Of a stretch of DNA of 64,000 nt, positions 29,353 through 39,917 are shown piece by piece. The notes under the pieces are model-generated. The model did no database searches. It was not told the DNA's origin and saw only the letters and a list, made by a program, of their open reading frames with translations. Within the stretch, counting starts at the first letter, position 1, and each line of letters opens with the position of its first letter. Position numbers and translations under genes: made by a program. The stretch is taken from positions 124,001 to 188,000 of the IMG/VR virus record IMGVR_UViG_3300032287_003113; one strand, written 5' to 3'.

Positions 29353-30229
29353 TGTAGCAGACTTAGACTGCATTTATTTAACATATGATGAACCAAACAA
29401 AGAACAGAATTGGATTCGGATCCAAAACATGGTTCCTTGGGCCAAACGAGTGGACGGAGTCAAAGGCAGTGACGCCGCTCACAAAGCGGCTGCAGACGCC
29501 AGCGATACCGATCGCTTTATTCTCATTGATGGTGACAACGTTCCAGATCCTGAATTTTTCAATTTACAACTGGCCCTTGATGCTACCAATGACTCTTGCG
29601 TTTTTCGTTGGCGGGCTCGCAATGCCGTTAACGGTCTAATGTACGGTAACGGCGGCATGAGTTCTTGGACTCGAGAGTTTATCTATGCCATGCGTACACA
29701 CGAAGCAACTGATGGCTCTGCAGAGAATGATGTAGAATTTTGTTTTTATCCCAACTACTGGGCCATGAATGATTGCTACTCAACTACATACCCCAATGCA
29801 ACACCTTATCAAGCATGGAGAGCCGGATTCCGTGAAGGAGTAAAGATGGCTCTAGATCGTGGTGCGAAAATAACAGTGGCAGAATTTGAAAGCCGAGTTA
29901 ATACCCGTAACTATGATAACTTGTGTGTTTGGCAAAGTGTGGGTGCAGATGCAGATAACGGATTCTGGGCTATTTACGGCGCCAGACTTGGCACATATAT
30001 GATCATGTTAGAAGGTTGGAACCATAAGCAAGTACAAGATTTTGACACACTTGCCATGTTATGGAAGTCATTTGAGCAAGATGGACCAGATCAATGCCGC
30101 GGAGTTGGTGACGCATTACGTACACGTTTAGGTTTGCCTATTGTGGACATGGATCCTGAAGAAAGCCGATTCTTCAAACATCATTATAAATCAATGTTTA
30201 AAAATCAAGGTCCCATGGTCAGAGAATGA
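29330..30229 (+). CDS. GT-A fold glycosyltransferase
   Basis: 'DCIYLTYDEPN...KRVDGVKGSDAAHKAAA...FILIDGDN' (DxD), 'NGLMYGNGG', 'AWRAGFREGVK'. Confidence 0.65.
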   Translation: MTERHLIDVADLDCIYLTYDEPNKEQNWIRIQNMVPWAKRVDGVKGSDAAHKAAADASDTDRFILIDGDNVPDPEFFNLQLALDATNDSCVFRWRARNAVNGLMYGNGGMSSWTREFIYAMRTHEATDGSAENDVEFCFYPNYWAMNDCYSTTYPNATPYQAWRAGFREGVKMALDRGAKITVAEFESRVNTRNYDNLCVWQSVGADADNGFWAIYGARLGTYMIMLEGWNHKQVQDFDTLAMLWKSFEQDGPDQCRGVGDALRTRLGLPIVDMDPEESRFFKHHYKSMFKNQGPMVRE

Positions 30230-30945
30230 ATATCTTAGTCAATGGAACTTCTATCAGTCGCGGCGAAAATTCGTGGCCATATTTTTTACAATCGCAGATG
30301 AATTGTTCTTTGATTAATCTAGCTCAGGCTGGTAGTGGCAACACGTACATACATGAAGCAACAGTAGCAGAACTCAGCGAAAGATCCTACAACCTCGTGT
30401 TAATACAATGGACATACGCAGATCGTTTTGATTTCAGAGTTAAAGATATCAGCAAGTTCGGCGACACAACATATACAACCAACTTTCAATCCCGGCAGAA
30501 CGATTGGCCTAGCAAACAAATACATCCTGTAAATGATCAAGACTACGTACAACCGGATTGGATATTTGGATGTGGGTATCTAAACGAACGCCAGGATAAC
30601 AGCCTTGGCAGGGTATTTAAACCTTTATACCAGCACGTTGGAGCAAATGAACATGTATTTTCAACTTTAATAAAAATTATATCATTGCAAAGCACACTCA
30701 AGGCCTTGGGTATTCCTTACTTGTTTACAGAATACCGCCCAATGACTCGACTAAGTCGATTCGATCAGCTTTACAAATTAATTGATTGGAATAACTTTTA
30801 TTCAGGCAAACATTTATTTACTATTGCCAAAGAACATGATGCACTGGATGATACTTTACACCCATCCACGGAATGTCAGCAACTATATGCCGTTGACTTA
30901 CATAACGATTTAGTTAAACGGGGATATATCAATGCAAGATCTTAG
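30226..30945 (+). CDS. SGNH/GDSL-fold protein (acyltransferase or esterase)
   Basis: Block I 'NGTSISRG', 'NLAQAGSGN', block V 'DDTLHP'. Confidence 0.55.
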   Translation: MNILVNGTSISRGENSWPYFLQSQMNCSLINLAQAGSGNTYIHEATVAELSERSYNLVLIQWTYADRFDFRVKDISKFGDTTYTTNFQSRQNDWPSKQIHPVNDQDYVQPDWIFGCGYLNERQDNSLGRVFKPLYQHVGANEHVFSTLIKIISLQSTLKALGIPYLFTEYRPMTRLSRFDQLYKLIDWNNFYSGKHLFTIAKEHDALDDTLHPSTECQQLYAVDLHNDLVKRGYINARS

Positions 30946-31924
30946 CCCAAACAATCCAGCAGGTTGTCAAGATCGATTCATCTTTGATTTGAACGACAAC
31001 AGAATCTGGAACATCAACGGGTTTATTAAATTTTTAGTTGATAATCAAGGTCGAGTCATTGACATAGAGATACCCGAGGGTGTGGCGTTAGACAGCATAG
31101 GCATTTACGATTTGTTAGATTTGTTCTCATTTAAATCGGTCACTATACGCAGTTTTAATCTAGTGCAACAATCACATCCTGTATACAAATTAAATTTTCA
31201 TCCGTTGGCATTTAAATACTTTATTGTATCTCCTAATACAGATTACAGCCAATATCATGGTTGGTCTGGAAAATATATGTTTGGGGCATTTTATAATAGA
31301 CCAACTTGGTCACGAATTGGCCTAGCCGCATATTTACACACCAATCACAGTGACAAGACTCTGTTGAATTTCCGTTACGACCCTGACAATACAGACATTA
31401 GAAACACATTTGAACTAGACCAACTATTTCAAATTGACCCTAAATCCTTGGAATATTTTGGTCATCTAATACCTGCGTTGCCATTACGAGTGGAGCCCGT
31501 GGATGGGTACACCATCGGAGTCAGCACCAAAGAGCATACTGACCAACTTAGTGAATTTTATACTGACTTCTTAATTGACATTGTAAGCGAAACATTTGTA
31601 CGTGGCAGATGTTTTTATCCTACAGAAAAAACTGTTAGACCCATGCTGATGAAAAAGCCTTTTATACATATGGGACCCAAATGTTTTTTAATACATTTAC
31701 GTCAAATGGGATTTCGAACGTTTGGTGATTTTTGGTCCGAGGACTATGATGGATACGGTATGGATCAGCGGTATAAGTATATACTCAAATTAATTGACAC
31801 GCTGGCAGCCAAGTCCAAACAAGAACTACAAGACATGTATGCCCGTATGCAACCAATTTTAGAGCACAATTATCAATTGTTACTGACAAAACAATTTACA
31901 CGAGAAATTACCTATGTTGAATAG
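30932..31924 (+). CDS. putative GT-B glycosyltransferase (GT10-like C-terminal motif)
   Basis: 'IDIVSETF...FYPTEKTVRP...KPFI.MG...LR.MGFRTF.D.W.E.YD'. Confidence 0.45.
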   Translation: MQDLSPNNPAGCQDRFIFDLNDNRIWNINGFIKFLVDNQGRVIDIEIPEGVALDSIGIYDLLDLFSFKSVTIRSFNLVQQSHPVYKLNFHPLAFKYFIVSPNTDYSQYHGWSGKYMFGAFYNRPTWSRIGLAAYLHTNHSDKTLLNFRYDPDNTDIRNTFELDQLFQIDPKSLEYFGHLIPALPLRVEPVDGYTIGVSTKEHTDQLSEFYTDFLIDIVSETFVRGRCFYPTEKTVRPMLMKKPFIHMGPKCFLIHLRQMGFRTFGDFWSEDYDGYGMDQRYKYILKLIDTLAAKSKQELQDMYARMQPILEHNYQLLLTKQFTREITYVE

Positions 31925-32960
31925 CGAATACCATGTTGGTATCAACGACAACAAGTTTTGGCGTAAAGACTTGTTAGTTATGCACCTGTACGATTGCTTA
32001 AACACCAACCAACAGCCAGCCCTGCGGGTAACTCCAGAAGGTTCAAGCCTTGCAGGCTGTGGTTTATATAGGTACTTGGATGCGTTTTGCAAACATACTG
32101 GATACGATAAAAAGAACATTAGCATACGCACAGGCAACATGATCGAACAACACCCTGAGTACACAATTATAAAAGATGCCACCGCTTGGTTCGAAGTTCC
32201 TATTATGCAACAATGGGCACAAAAAAATCCGATCAACACAGGCACCATGCCTAGATTACACTTTGGACACTTTGTTGGAAAAAGCAATTGGAATAGATTG
32301 TGGATTGGTGCTGTGTTGCACAGTAAATACAATGATAAGTTATTTCAAACATATAACACCGGCATTGGTACACACTATCTTACTAAGAATGACGGCCTTT
32401 GTGATTTTGTGGGCTTAGAAGATCTGGTCAAAATGGAATGTGATCAAATTGATGTGGCTGTCGAATTTTTAAAGTCTTGTCCAAAGTTTATACCTGAGGA
32501 CATAGAAGCAATTAAAAATATGTCAACTTACATCAAACAAGACGATTACTACCCTATACAATTACCAGCCAATCTTAACATATTGAAATACTATAACAAT
32601 ATATTTGTGGACATTATCCATGAAACATTTGTTCGTGATGAAGTATGTTTTGCTACAGAAAAAACTTGGAGAACAATGTTAGCACGTAGGCCTTTTATTA
32701 CCATGGGAGGCAGAAATCATTTGGCTAATTTAAAGCGTCTAGGATTCCGTACATTCAATGACATCTGGGATGAAGGTTACGACGAGTATGGTATGCAGTG
32801 GCGTGTTAAAGAAATACTAAAACTAATAGATACTATCAGTTCTTGGTCAGTGGAAAAGATACAACAGGTCTTACAAGATATGCAACCTATACTAGAACAC
32901 AACTATCAAACTTTTATGACACTAACACATCAAAAAATACAGCGAACATTCAATGACTAA
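31914..32960 (+). CDS. putative GT-B glycosyltransferase (paralogue of 30932)
   Basis: 'VDIIHETF...FATEKTWR...RPFITMG...LGFRTFNDIWDEGYD'. Confidence 0.45.
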   Translation: MLNSEYHVGINDNKFWRKDLLVMHLYDCLNTNQQPALRVTPEGSSLAGCGLYRYLDAFCKHTGYDKKNISIRTGNMIEQHPEYTIIKDATAWFEVPIMQQWAQKNPINTGTMPRLHFGHFVGKSNWNRLWIGAVLHSKYNDKLFQTYNTGIGTHYLTKNDGLCDFVGLEDLVKMECDQIDVAVEFLKSCPKFIPEDIEAIKNMSTYIKQDDYYPIQLPANLNILKYYNNIFVDIIHETFVRDEVCFATEKTWRTMLARRPFITMGGRNHLANLKRLGFRTFNDIWDEGYDEYGMQWRVKEILKLIDTISSWSVEKIQQVLQDMQPILEHNYQTFMTLTHQKIQRTFND

Positions 32961-33789
32961 ATTCCATTTACCTTTTGTAGAAATGATGGTTACACAATTT
33001 TGTAATCTAAGCTGTGTTGGCTGTAGTAACTATGCTGACCTAAAACACACAGGTTATGTTCCTTGGGCAGATGGTCGGCGTGAAATAGAATCGTGGCTAC
33101 CACGCATGACAATTGAAGACTTTGGTATCATGGGTGGCGAGCCCCTGATCAATCCCGAACTTAAACAATGGATACGTGGCTTGCGTGAGTTATTACCCAC
33201 AAGCCCCATACGCTTTAGCACCAATGGCGAATTGCTAGATCGACATTTAGATGTGCTAGAAACAGCACACGAAGTGGGCAACTTTGTTTTTAAGATCACT
33301 GTACACCAACACAGCGAGCGTGTAGAACGTGTCATTGCTAAAATCTTCTCAATGTACAAGTGGGAACCTGTGTACGAATATGGCATCTATCGTTACAAAA
33401 CCACAAACGGATTAAGATTTCAGGTCAATCGTCCGCTGACATTTATCAAGTATTATAAGAATGATTACGCCAACATGATGCCGTTCAATTCCAATCCTGT
33501 GGATAGTTTCAATATTTGTATGCAACAACGATGTCCACTCATGTTCAATGGACGTATGTACAAGTGTAGTACACTAGGCGGATTGGAACAAACACTAGAT
33601 CGTTTTAGTAACACCGACCCTGCATGGGAGCCATACAAAGGCAAATACATTACACCTACGAGCCCAGATGCAGATATTGCGGCGTTCTTAAACAATTATG
33701 GTCGTCCACATCAAGTGTGTACAATGTGTCCTACCGCCCAGGATGACGAAAGTGTTATTTTACATTATAATAACGTAATAACAAAATGA
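32953..33789 (+). CDS. radical SAM enzyme with C-terminal Cys-rich (SPASM/twitch-like) region
   Basis: CNLSCVGC, GGEP, C-terminal 'CMQQRCP...YKC...CTMC'. Confidence 0.85.
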   Translation: MTKFHLPFVEMMVTQFCNLSCVGCSNYADLKHTGYVPWADGRREIESWLPRMTIEDFGIMGGEPLINPELKQWIRGLRELLPTSPIRFSTNGELLDRHLDVLETAHEVGNFVFKITVHQHSERVERVIAKIFSMYKWEPVYEYGIYRYKTTNGLRFQVNRPLTFIKYYKNDYANMMPFNSNPVDSFNICMQQRCPLMFNGRMYKCSTLGGLEQTLDRFSNTDPAWEPYKGKYITPTSPDADIAAFLNNYGRPHQVCTMCPTAQDDESVILHYNNVITK

Positions 33790-34667
33790 CAAGATTCTTT
33801 GCCTTCGGGTGCTCCTTTACTAACTCTAAAAATCCTACTTGGGCTGACATAGTGGCGCACGAGTACAACCATTACCAAAACTGGGGACAGGCTGGTGCAG
33901 GTAATAGTTTTATATTCTACAGTCTAATGGAATGTAACAAGCGTAATCAGATTACTCCGGACGATGTAGTAATGATCATGTGGAGCAGCATTGGTAGAGA
34001 AGATCGTTATGTTGGAGGAGAATGGTTGACTCCTGGTAGTATATACAATCAACAAGATTATGATGAGAACTTTGTAAAGAAGTTTACAGATCCAACAGGA
34101 TACTTGTTACGAGATGCAGCACACTTGGCTGGTGCTAAAGCCATATTAGATAATATTGGGTGTCGGTATTATTTTTTTAGTATTGTTCCGTTTAATGTTC
34201 CAGACGATAACGTTTTTAAAATCTTTAGCATAGATAATAAAATATTAAATGTTTATGCTGAAGAATTTCGATCTGTGCGTCCCAGTGTATACGAAGTTGT
34301 CTTTGATCACGACTGGTACAGCCGGGCCGGCATTAAACAAGAAGACAAGCTCAAAGAAGAATACGAAATTAAACGTGGTAATGATTGGCCCACATGGGAT
34401 AAGTTTATAATACAAGACTTCGGCGGTGTACCCAAAGATATTAAAGATGAAATAAACAACCAACACGAGTTTACCAACAGATATTTGCGTAGGTATGACA
34501 CACATCCAACTCCAGCAGAATATTTAGAATATATCACACGAGTAGCACCAGACATAGAAGTATCCTCTGCCACACAAGATTGGGTAGCAACAGTGACTGA
34601 TAGATTAATCAAACACCAAGACTTAACCAAACTTTGGAAACCTAATAAAAAGCCTGCGAGATTCTAA
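33786..34667 (+). CDS. SGNH/GDSL-fold protein
   Basis: 'FAFGCSFT', 'NWGQAGAGN', 'YDTHPTP'. Confidence 0.55.
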   Translation: MTRFFAFGCSFTNSKNPTWADIVAHEYNHYQNWGQAGAGNSFIFYSLMECNKRNQITPDDVVMIMWSSIGREDRYVGGEWLTPGSIYNQQDYDENFVKKFTDPTGYLLRDAAHLAGAKAILDNIGCRYYFFSIVPFNVPDDNVFKIFSIDNKILNVYAEEFRSVRPSVYEVVFDHDWYSRAGIKQEDKLKEEYEIKRGNDWPTWDKFIIQDFGGVPKDIKDEINNQHEFTNRYLRRYDTHPTPAEYLEYITRVAPDIEVSSATQDWVATVTDRLIKHQDLTKLWKPNKKPARF

Positions 34668-36049
34668 TGACCAAATCAACATTTATGACAGCCGCAGAAA
34701 AGATGAAGGAACTATTGGGCCCGAGTCTTTGCCTGGCCAAATGGAAACAGGTTAGCCTGCATCTAGCTACTGGTATGACCAACAGTTGTTACCATCCACC
34801 CTTACATGAAATAGATCCTATAGCATTAAAAGACAATCCCGGCGCACTACATAATACAGCACACAAAAAAGATCAACGTGTGATCATGCTCAAGAACGAA
34901 CGCCCTACGGAATGTAATTATTGCTGGACACAAGAGGACATGGGCAATCTCAGTGATCGTCATTACAGATCAGGAGAACCCTGGGCCGCCGACGACTACA
35001 ATGCAATTAAAGCCAGCACAGGTACGGAAGATTGGATACCCAGTTATGTTGAAGTTAATTTTAATCACGTGTGTAATCTCAAGTGTAGCTATTGTAGTCC
35101 GCAGTTCTCTAGTACCTGGATGCAAGAAACTGACTATTATGGTGCCTATCCCACAAGCACTCCGCATAACGATCCTGCTCACTTCGCTGGTCGTCGCAGG
35201 CCTATACCGGTCAGCTACGATAATCCATATGTGGATGCATTCTGGGAATGGTGGCCTGAGCTGTATCCGCACCTGAAACATTTCCGTATGACCGGTGGCG
35301 AGCCGCTAATGGACAAGAATACTTATAAGGTATTTGATTATGTGTTGGCACTACCAAATCCAGAACTACACTTGGACGTGACCAGCAACTTTAGTGTTGA
35401 CGATCGTTTATTTGACAAGTATCTGGGTTATGTCAAACAGTTATGTAACACACAGATAGAACACTTTATGCAGTACGTGAGTTTGGATAGTGGTAAACCC
35501 AGGCATGCAGAATACATTAGACACGGATTAAATTTTGCCAGAATGACTGATAATGTAAATCGTTTCTTAACAGGCGTTCCCTACCGTAATAGTCTAACAT
35601 TTATCATTACCATGAACAATCTAAGTGTGTTGGGCCTACAGCGACAACTGGAATGGATACTTGATCTCCGAAGCACACATAGTAAAACCTATCAACGTGT
35701 TTGGTTTGATACTCCCCTGCTACGTACACCCACTTGGCAAAGCGTACAAATACTGCCCGAAGTCTACGTTGGTGTGTTAGAACGTGTGGCCGACTGGATG
35801 GAACTACAGTTAGAAACAGCAGATAGACCATTTCAGGGATTCAAAGACTACGAAGTACAGCGTATGCGCCGTGATATAGATTGGATGAAAGCAGGTCGCA
35901 ATTTGGATCCAGAATATGTTAAACTGCAACGTGCAGATTTTTATCGTTTCTTTAACGAGCACGACAAACGACGCAAAACTGACTTTTTAAAAACTTTTCC
36001 AGAAATGACAGAATTTTGGAACGAATGTAAGTACCATGCCCAGAATTAA
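34667..36049 (+). CDS. radical SAM enzyme with N-terminal twitch-like domain
   Basis: N-terminal 'CLAKW...SCYH...ECNYCW'; CNLKCSYC; TGGEP. Confidence 0.85.
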   Translation: MTKSTFMTAAEKMKELLGPSLCLAKWKQVSLHLATGMTNSCYHPPLHEIDPIALKDNPGALHNTAHKKDQRVIMLKNERPTECNYCWTQEDMGNLSDRHYRSGEPWAADDYNAIKASTGTEDWIPSYVEVNFNHVCNLKCSYCSPQFSSTWMQETDYYGAYPTSTPHNDPAHFAGRRRPIPVSYDNPYVDAFWEWWPELYPHLKHFRMTGGEPLMDKNTYKVFDYVLALPNPELHLDVTSNFSVDDRLFDKYLGYVKQLCNTQIEHFMQYVSLDSGKPRHAEYIRHGLNFARMTDNVNRFLTGVPYRNSLTFIITMNNLSVLGLQRQLEWILDLRSTHSKTYQRVWFDTPLLRTPTWQSVQILPEVYVGVLERVADWMELQLETADRPFQGFKDYEVQRMRRDIDWMKAGRNLDPEYVKLQRADFYRFFNEHDKRRKTDFLKTFPEMTEFWNECKYHAQN

Positions 36050-37385
36050 CAACGAAACTGATTTAGAGTACAAACGCAGAGTGATTGACATCAAGTCGGA
36101 CAGCTTCTGTGCGGCCAAGTGGTACAATGCCACCATATGGCTAGGCTCGGGGCAAACCACCAGTTGTCATCATCCCCTGCCGCATCAAGTCAGTGTAGCT
36201 GAAGTAGAAGCGAACCCCAAAGCCTTACACAACACCCCAAAGAAAAAAGCCGAACGTGCTCAAATGCAACGAGGAGAACGTCCCAGCGGTTGCGAATACT
36301 GCTGGAAAATAGAAGACATCGGTCGCGACAACATTAGCGATCGTGTTTACAAAACAGTCATATATGATGACAAGGATTTGGATTATGCTTTTCAAACTCC
36401 AGCAAATGAAGATGTGGATTTACAAACACTTGAAATTGCCTTTGACCGCACCTGCCAGTTCGCTTGCTCTTATTGCAACCCGGCGTTTAGTAGCACTTGG
36501 GTCAAGGACATTAGGAATAATGGTGCTTATACCAATCTTGTCAGCGATGGCCGCAATCACTTTACTCACGCTCATGACGGCAGTCAGCTATACCGGTTTG
36601 GAGAAACGAATCCGTATGTTGAAGCCTTCCACAAATGGTGGGAAACAGACTTACATAGAACGTTGAAAGAGTTACGTATCACTGGGGGCGAGCCATTGAT
36701 GAGTGCAGAAACTTGGAAGTTGATTGATTGGTTTAAAACTAACAAAGGCAAAAGTTTTACACGTCTTGCTATCAACAGTAACTTAGGCACTGAAGTAGAC
36801 ATTGATCGTTTACTTGCCGCCATTGATGGTGTAGAAGTTGACCTATATACCAGCAATGAATCAATAGGCTTGCAGGCCGAATACATTAGAGATGGTCTTG
36901 TGTTTGACGACTGGGCTAACAATGTAGAACGTTTGCTAGATTCGGGTAAGTTTCGTGGCCTGCATGTCATGTGTACTATTAATGCATTGTGCTTGGATAC
37001 ACTAGACAGCTTTCTTGAAATGGTATATAACTGGAAACTTGAGTACGGCACGGATGCCATTAACTTCTCGCTGAATATATTACGTTTTCCAAGTTTTCAA
37101 AGTCCTCTGGTATTGCCAGACAACATACGAACACAATACAGAACACAATTAAGTGACTTCTATAAAACACACAAAGACACTGGGGTGCTACATGGTTTTG
37201 AGATTGATCAATTAAAACGCCTGATTGATTATCTTGATGTTGTTATAACTCCACACACGGGTGCCATGGAACAATCTATCTTACAACACGATTTTAAAAA
37301 CTTCTTCTCACAATACGATCAACGTCGTGGTAAGAATTTTGTAGAGACGTTTCCTAATTTAACAGAATGGTATAATACACTATGA
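36036..37385 (+). CDS. radical SAM enzyme with N-terminal twitch-like domain
   Basis: 'FCAAKW...SCHH...GCEYCW'; CQFACSYC; TGGEP. Confidence 0.85.
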   Translation: MPRINNETDLEYKRRVIDIKSDSFCAAKWYNATIWLGSGQTTSCHHPLPHQVSVAEVEANPKALHNTPKKKAERAQMQRGERPSGCEYCWKIEDIGRDNISDRVYKTVIYDDKDLDYAFQTPANEDVDLQTLEIAFDRTCQFACSYCNPAFSSTWVKDIRNNGAYTNLVSDGRNHFTHAHDGSQLYRFGETNPYVEAFHKWWETDLHRTLKELRITGGEPLMSAETWKLIDWFKTNKGKSFTRLAINSNLGTEVDIDRLLAAIDGVEVDLYTSNESIGLQAEYIRDGLVFDDWANNVERLLDSGKFRGLHVMCTINALCLDTLDSFLEMVYNWKLEYGTDAINFSLNILRFPSFQSPLVLPDNIRTQYRTQLSDFYKTHKDTGVLHGFEIDQLKRLIDYLDVVITPHTGAMEQSILQHDFKNFFSQYDQRRGKNFVETFPNLTEWYNTL

Positions 37386-38713
37386 CCAAAGAATTTTATA
37401 ACAAGGGTTATGACTATATGGCACGTAAACCATATTTTATTGAACTCGAACAGTTGAATGACTCTCAGCAAGACTTATTAATAAAAAGCGAAACATTTTG
37501 CATGATGCCTTGGGTACACATGCATGCCTTCCCAGACGGTCGTGCATATCCTTGCTGTGTGGCAGACTATTGGCATCCTGTGGGGGACCTACGTAAAAGC
37601 ACTATGGAACAAGTTTGGAATCAAGAACCTTATCGTAACTTGCGTAAGAATATGGTTAGCGAAACCAAGAGCAAAGAGTGTACCAAGTGCTACGAACAAG
37701 AACGCAATGGATTTTTTAGTATGCGTAACGATGCCAATCGTAACTACGGACATCATATAGGAGAAGTAAATGAAACCAAAGAAGATGGAACCAATCCTAA
37801 GTTCAAAATACGTTATTGGGACGTTCGTTTTAGTAACCTTTGTAACTTCCGTTGTCGCAGCTGTGGGCCTATTTTTAGCAGTAATTGGTATCAAGATCAC
37901 GTAAAAATGTACGGCAAGAAACCTGATGTGTTAGGCCGTGACATGGCTGTGATTGAATATACCACAGGCAACGAAGATGACATGATTGCACAAATGATGC
38001 CACACGTTCCACACCTGGAGCAGGTATACTTTGCCGGTGGCGAGCCCTTGATCATGAAAGAACATTATTACTTGCTTGAGAAGTTGATTGAAGCAGGTAA
38101 AACTGATGTGCGTATCCAATATAACACAAACTTTAGTGAACTGGCATTTAAGGACAAGCACGTATTTGAATATTGGCGACATTTTAAAAATGTCAGTGTA
38201 GGTGCCAGTTTAGATGCCAGCGGAGCTAGAGCGGAGCTGATGCGTAAAGGAACAGATTGGACACAGGCAGTAGATAATCGTCGTCGCATGATAGCAGAAG
38301 TGCCACATGTGGATTTTTACATTAGTGCCACAGTTAGTTCAATGAACGTGTTGCATGTATTAGACTTTCATAGAGAATGGACCGAGCTTGGATTGATCAA
38401 AGCCAAGGACTTTAATGTAAACATTTGCCAAAGCCCGGAATGGTATCGAGTAGATATCTTTCCAGAACAGTTTAAACAGGATGTTATTGTGCCCGCCTAC
38501 GAGCAACACATTGAGTGGTTAACACCGCAAGACAATCTTAAACGTGCTACCAATGGATTTCGTAGCACTCTCAAATTCATGAACAGCACAGATCAAAGTC
38601 ATTTGTGGCCACGCTTTGTTGAGGAGTGTGCCAAACTAGACGCTGTACGTCGAGAAGATTTTTGGGCAACATTCCCTGAATTAGCCAGCTTACGAGATTA
38701 TGAACCTACCTAA
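37382..38713 (+). CDS. radical SAM enzyme with N-terminal twitch-like domain
   Basis: 'FCMMPW...YPCC...ECTKCY'; CNFRCRSC; AGGEP. Confidence 0.85.
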   Translation: MTKEFYNKGYDYMARKPYFIELEQLNDSQQDLLIKSETFCMMPWVHMHAFPDGRAYPCCVADYWHPVGDLRKSTMEQVWNQEPYRNLRKNMVSETKSKECTKCYEQERNGFFSMRNDANRNYGHHIGEVNETKEDGTNPKFKIRYWDVRFSNLCNFRCRSCGPIFSSNWYQDHVKMYGKKPDVLGRDMAVIEYTTGNEDDMIAQMMPHVPHLEQVYFAGGEPLIMKEHYYLLEKLIEAGKTDVRIQYNTNFSELAFKDKHVFEYWRHFKNVSVGASLDASGARAELMRKGTDWTQAVDNRRRMIAEVPHVDFYISATVSSMNVLHVLDFHREWTELGLIKAKDFNVNICQSPEWYRVDIFPEQFKQDVIVPAYEQHIEWLTPQDNLKRATNGFRSTLKFMNSTDQSHLWPRFVEECAKLDAVRREDFWATFPELASLRDYEPT

Positions 38714-39917
38714 CACGATATGTATGTTGCCGTGGGTCAGCATTGAAGCTAGTCCAATGGGCACCACACGTCCTTGCTGTATGGCATATGATGAGATTAC
38801 CGATGAGTCAGGCAAGAAGTACGACTTAAACGAAACTAATCTTGAAGTGGCATACCACAGTGAGTATATGCAGGACTTACGACGTCAGTTTCGTTGTGGA
38901 GAAAAACCTGCAACCTGTAATCGTTGTTGGGAAGAAGAAGCCGCAGGTAGGGACAGTAAACGTATACACAGCCAAGTAAGATTAAAAGAATTATACAAAC
39001 AAGTAGACTGGGCTAATGACGATCCTGATCAACTATGGTTTGTTGATTTAAAACTAGGTAACATCTGTAACTTAAAATGTCGTATATGTGGTTCTTGGTC
39101 CAGTAGTAAGTGGGCTGAAGAAGAACTTGCTTACATGCCCAAAGACTTTAACAAAAAAGAGCACATTGCCTACACTTGGCTACGGCAAGGTGCATGGCCA
39201 CGCAAGACCACAACCTTCTGGGATAACATGCGTGACTTGTTGCCCAACATCCGGTACTTTGAATTTACCGGTGGCGAGCCCTGGATGATACAAGAACACT
39301 TTGATTTATTACAGTACGCAGTAGATCAAGGATACAGTAAAAATATTGATATACACTACAACACCAATGCTACACAACAACCTAGTACTCCACAAATTTT
39401 AATGTGGAAAGAGTTTGGCCGAGTTGACATTGCCTTTAGTATTGACAACGTAGGCTCACGTTTTGAATATGAACGCTACGGAGCCAATTGGCTATTGGCA
39501 AACAAGATCATTGATGATGTGCATTTTACACAGGCTGTCGACGCTCCTAATATTACCACACAGTTATGCTTTACTATCAACATACAAAACGTGTATTACC
39601 TAGACGAACTACTAGCCTGGGCGGATACAAAAAGATTTGGCGACGTCTATTTTAATATGATGCATAGCCCAGATCACATGAGCATACAAATGATGACTCC
39701 GGCAGCACAGGAGTTGGTACTAAACAAATTAAAAACAACATTTTGGAAAAATAACAAATATCAACAAGAAATTGATAGTGTAATTAAATTTATTGAACTT
39801 GGCACAGGCAGTGATGGCCGAGAGTTTTTGTTTAAGATGCAACGTACAGATGAACATCGCAAACAAAACTTTATGGATACACATGAAGAAATAGCACGGG
39901 CAATGGGTTATGAATAA
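38700..39917 (+). CDS. radical SAM enzyme with N-terminal twitch-like domain
   Basis: 'ICMLPW...RPCC...TCNRCW'; CNLKCRIC; TGGEP. Confidence 0.85.
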   Translation: MNLPNTICMLPWVSIEASPMGTTRPCCMAYDEITDESGKKYDLNETNLEVAYHSEYMQDLRRQFRCGEKPATCNRCWEEEAAGRDSKRIHSQVRLKELYKQVDWANDDPDQLWFVDLKLGNICNLKCRICGSWSSSKWAEEELAYMPKDFNKKEHIAYTWLRQGAWPRKTTTFWDNMRDLLPNIRYFEFTGGEPWMIQEHFDLLQYAVDQGYSKNIDIHYNTNATQQPSTPQILMWKEFGRVDIAFSIDNVGSRFEYERYGANWLLANKIIDDVHFTQAVDAPNITTQLCFTINIQNVYYLDELLAWADTKRFGDVYFNMMHSPDHMSIQMMTPAAQELVLNKLKTTFWKNNKYQQEIDSVIKFIELGTGSDGREFLFKMQRTDEHRKQNFMDTHEEIARAMGYE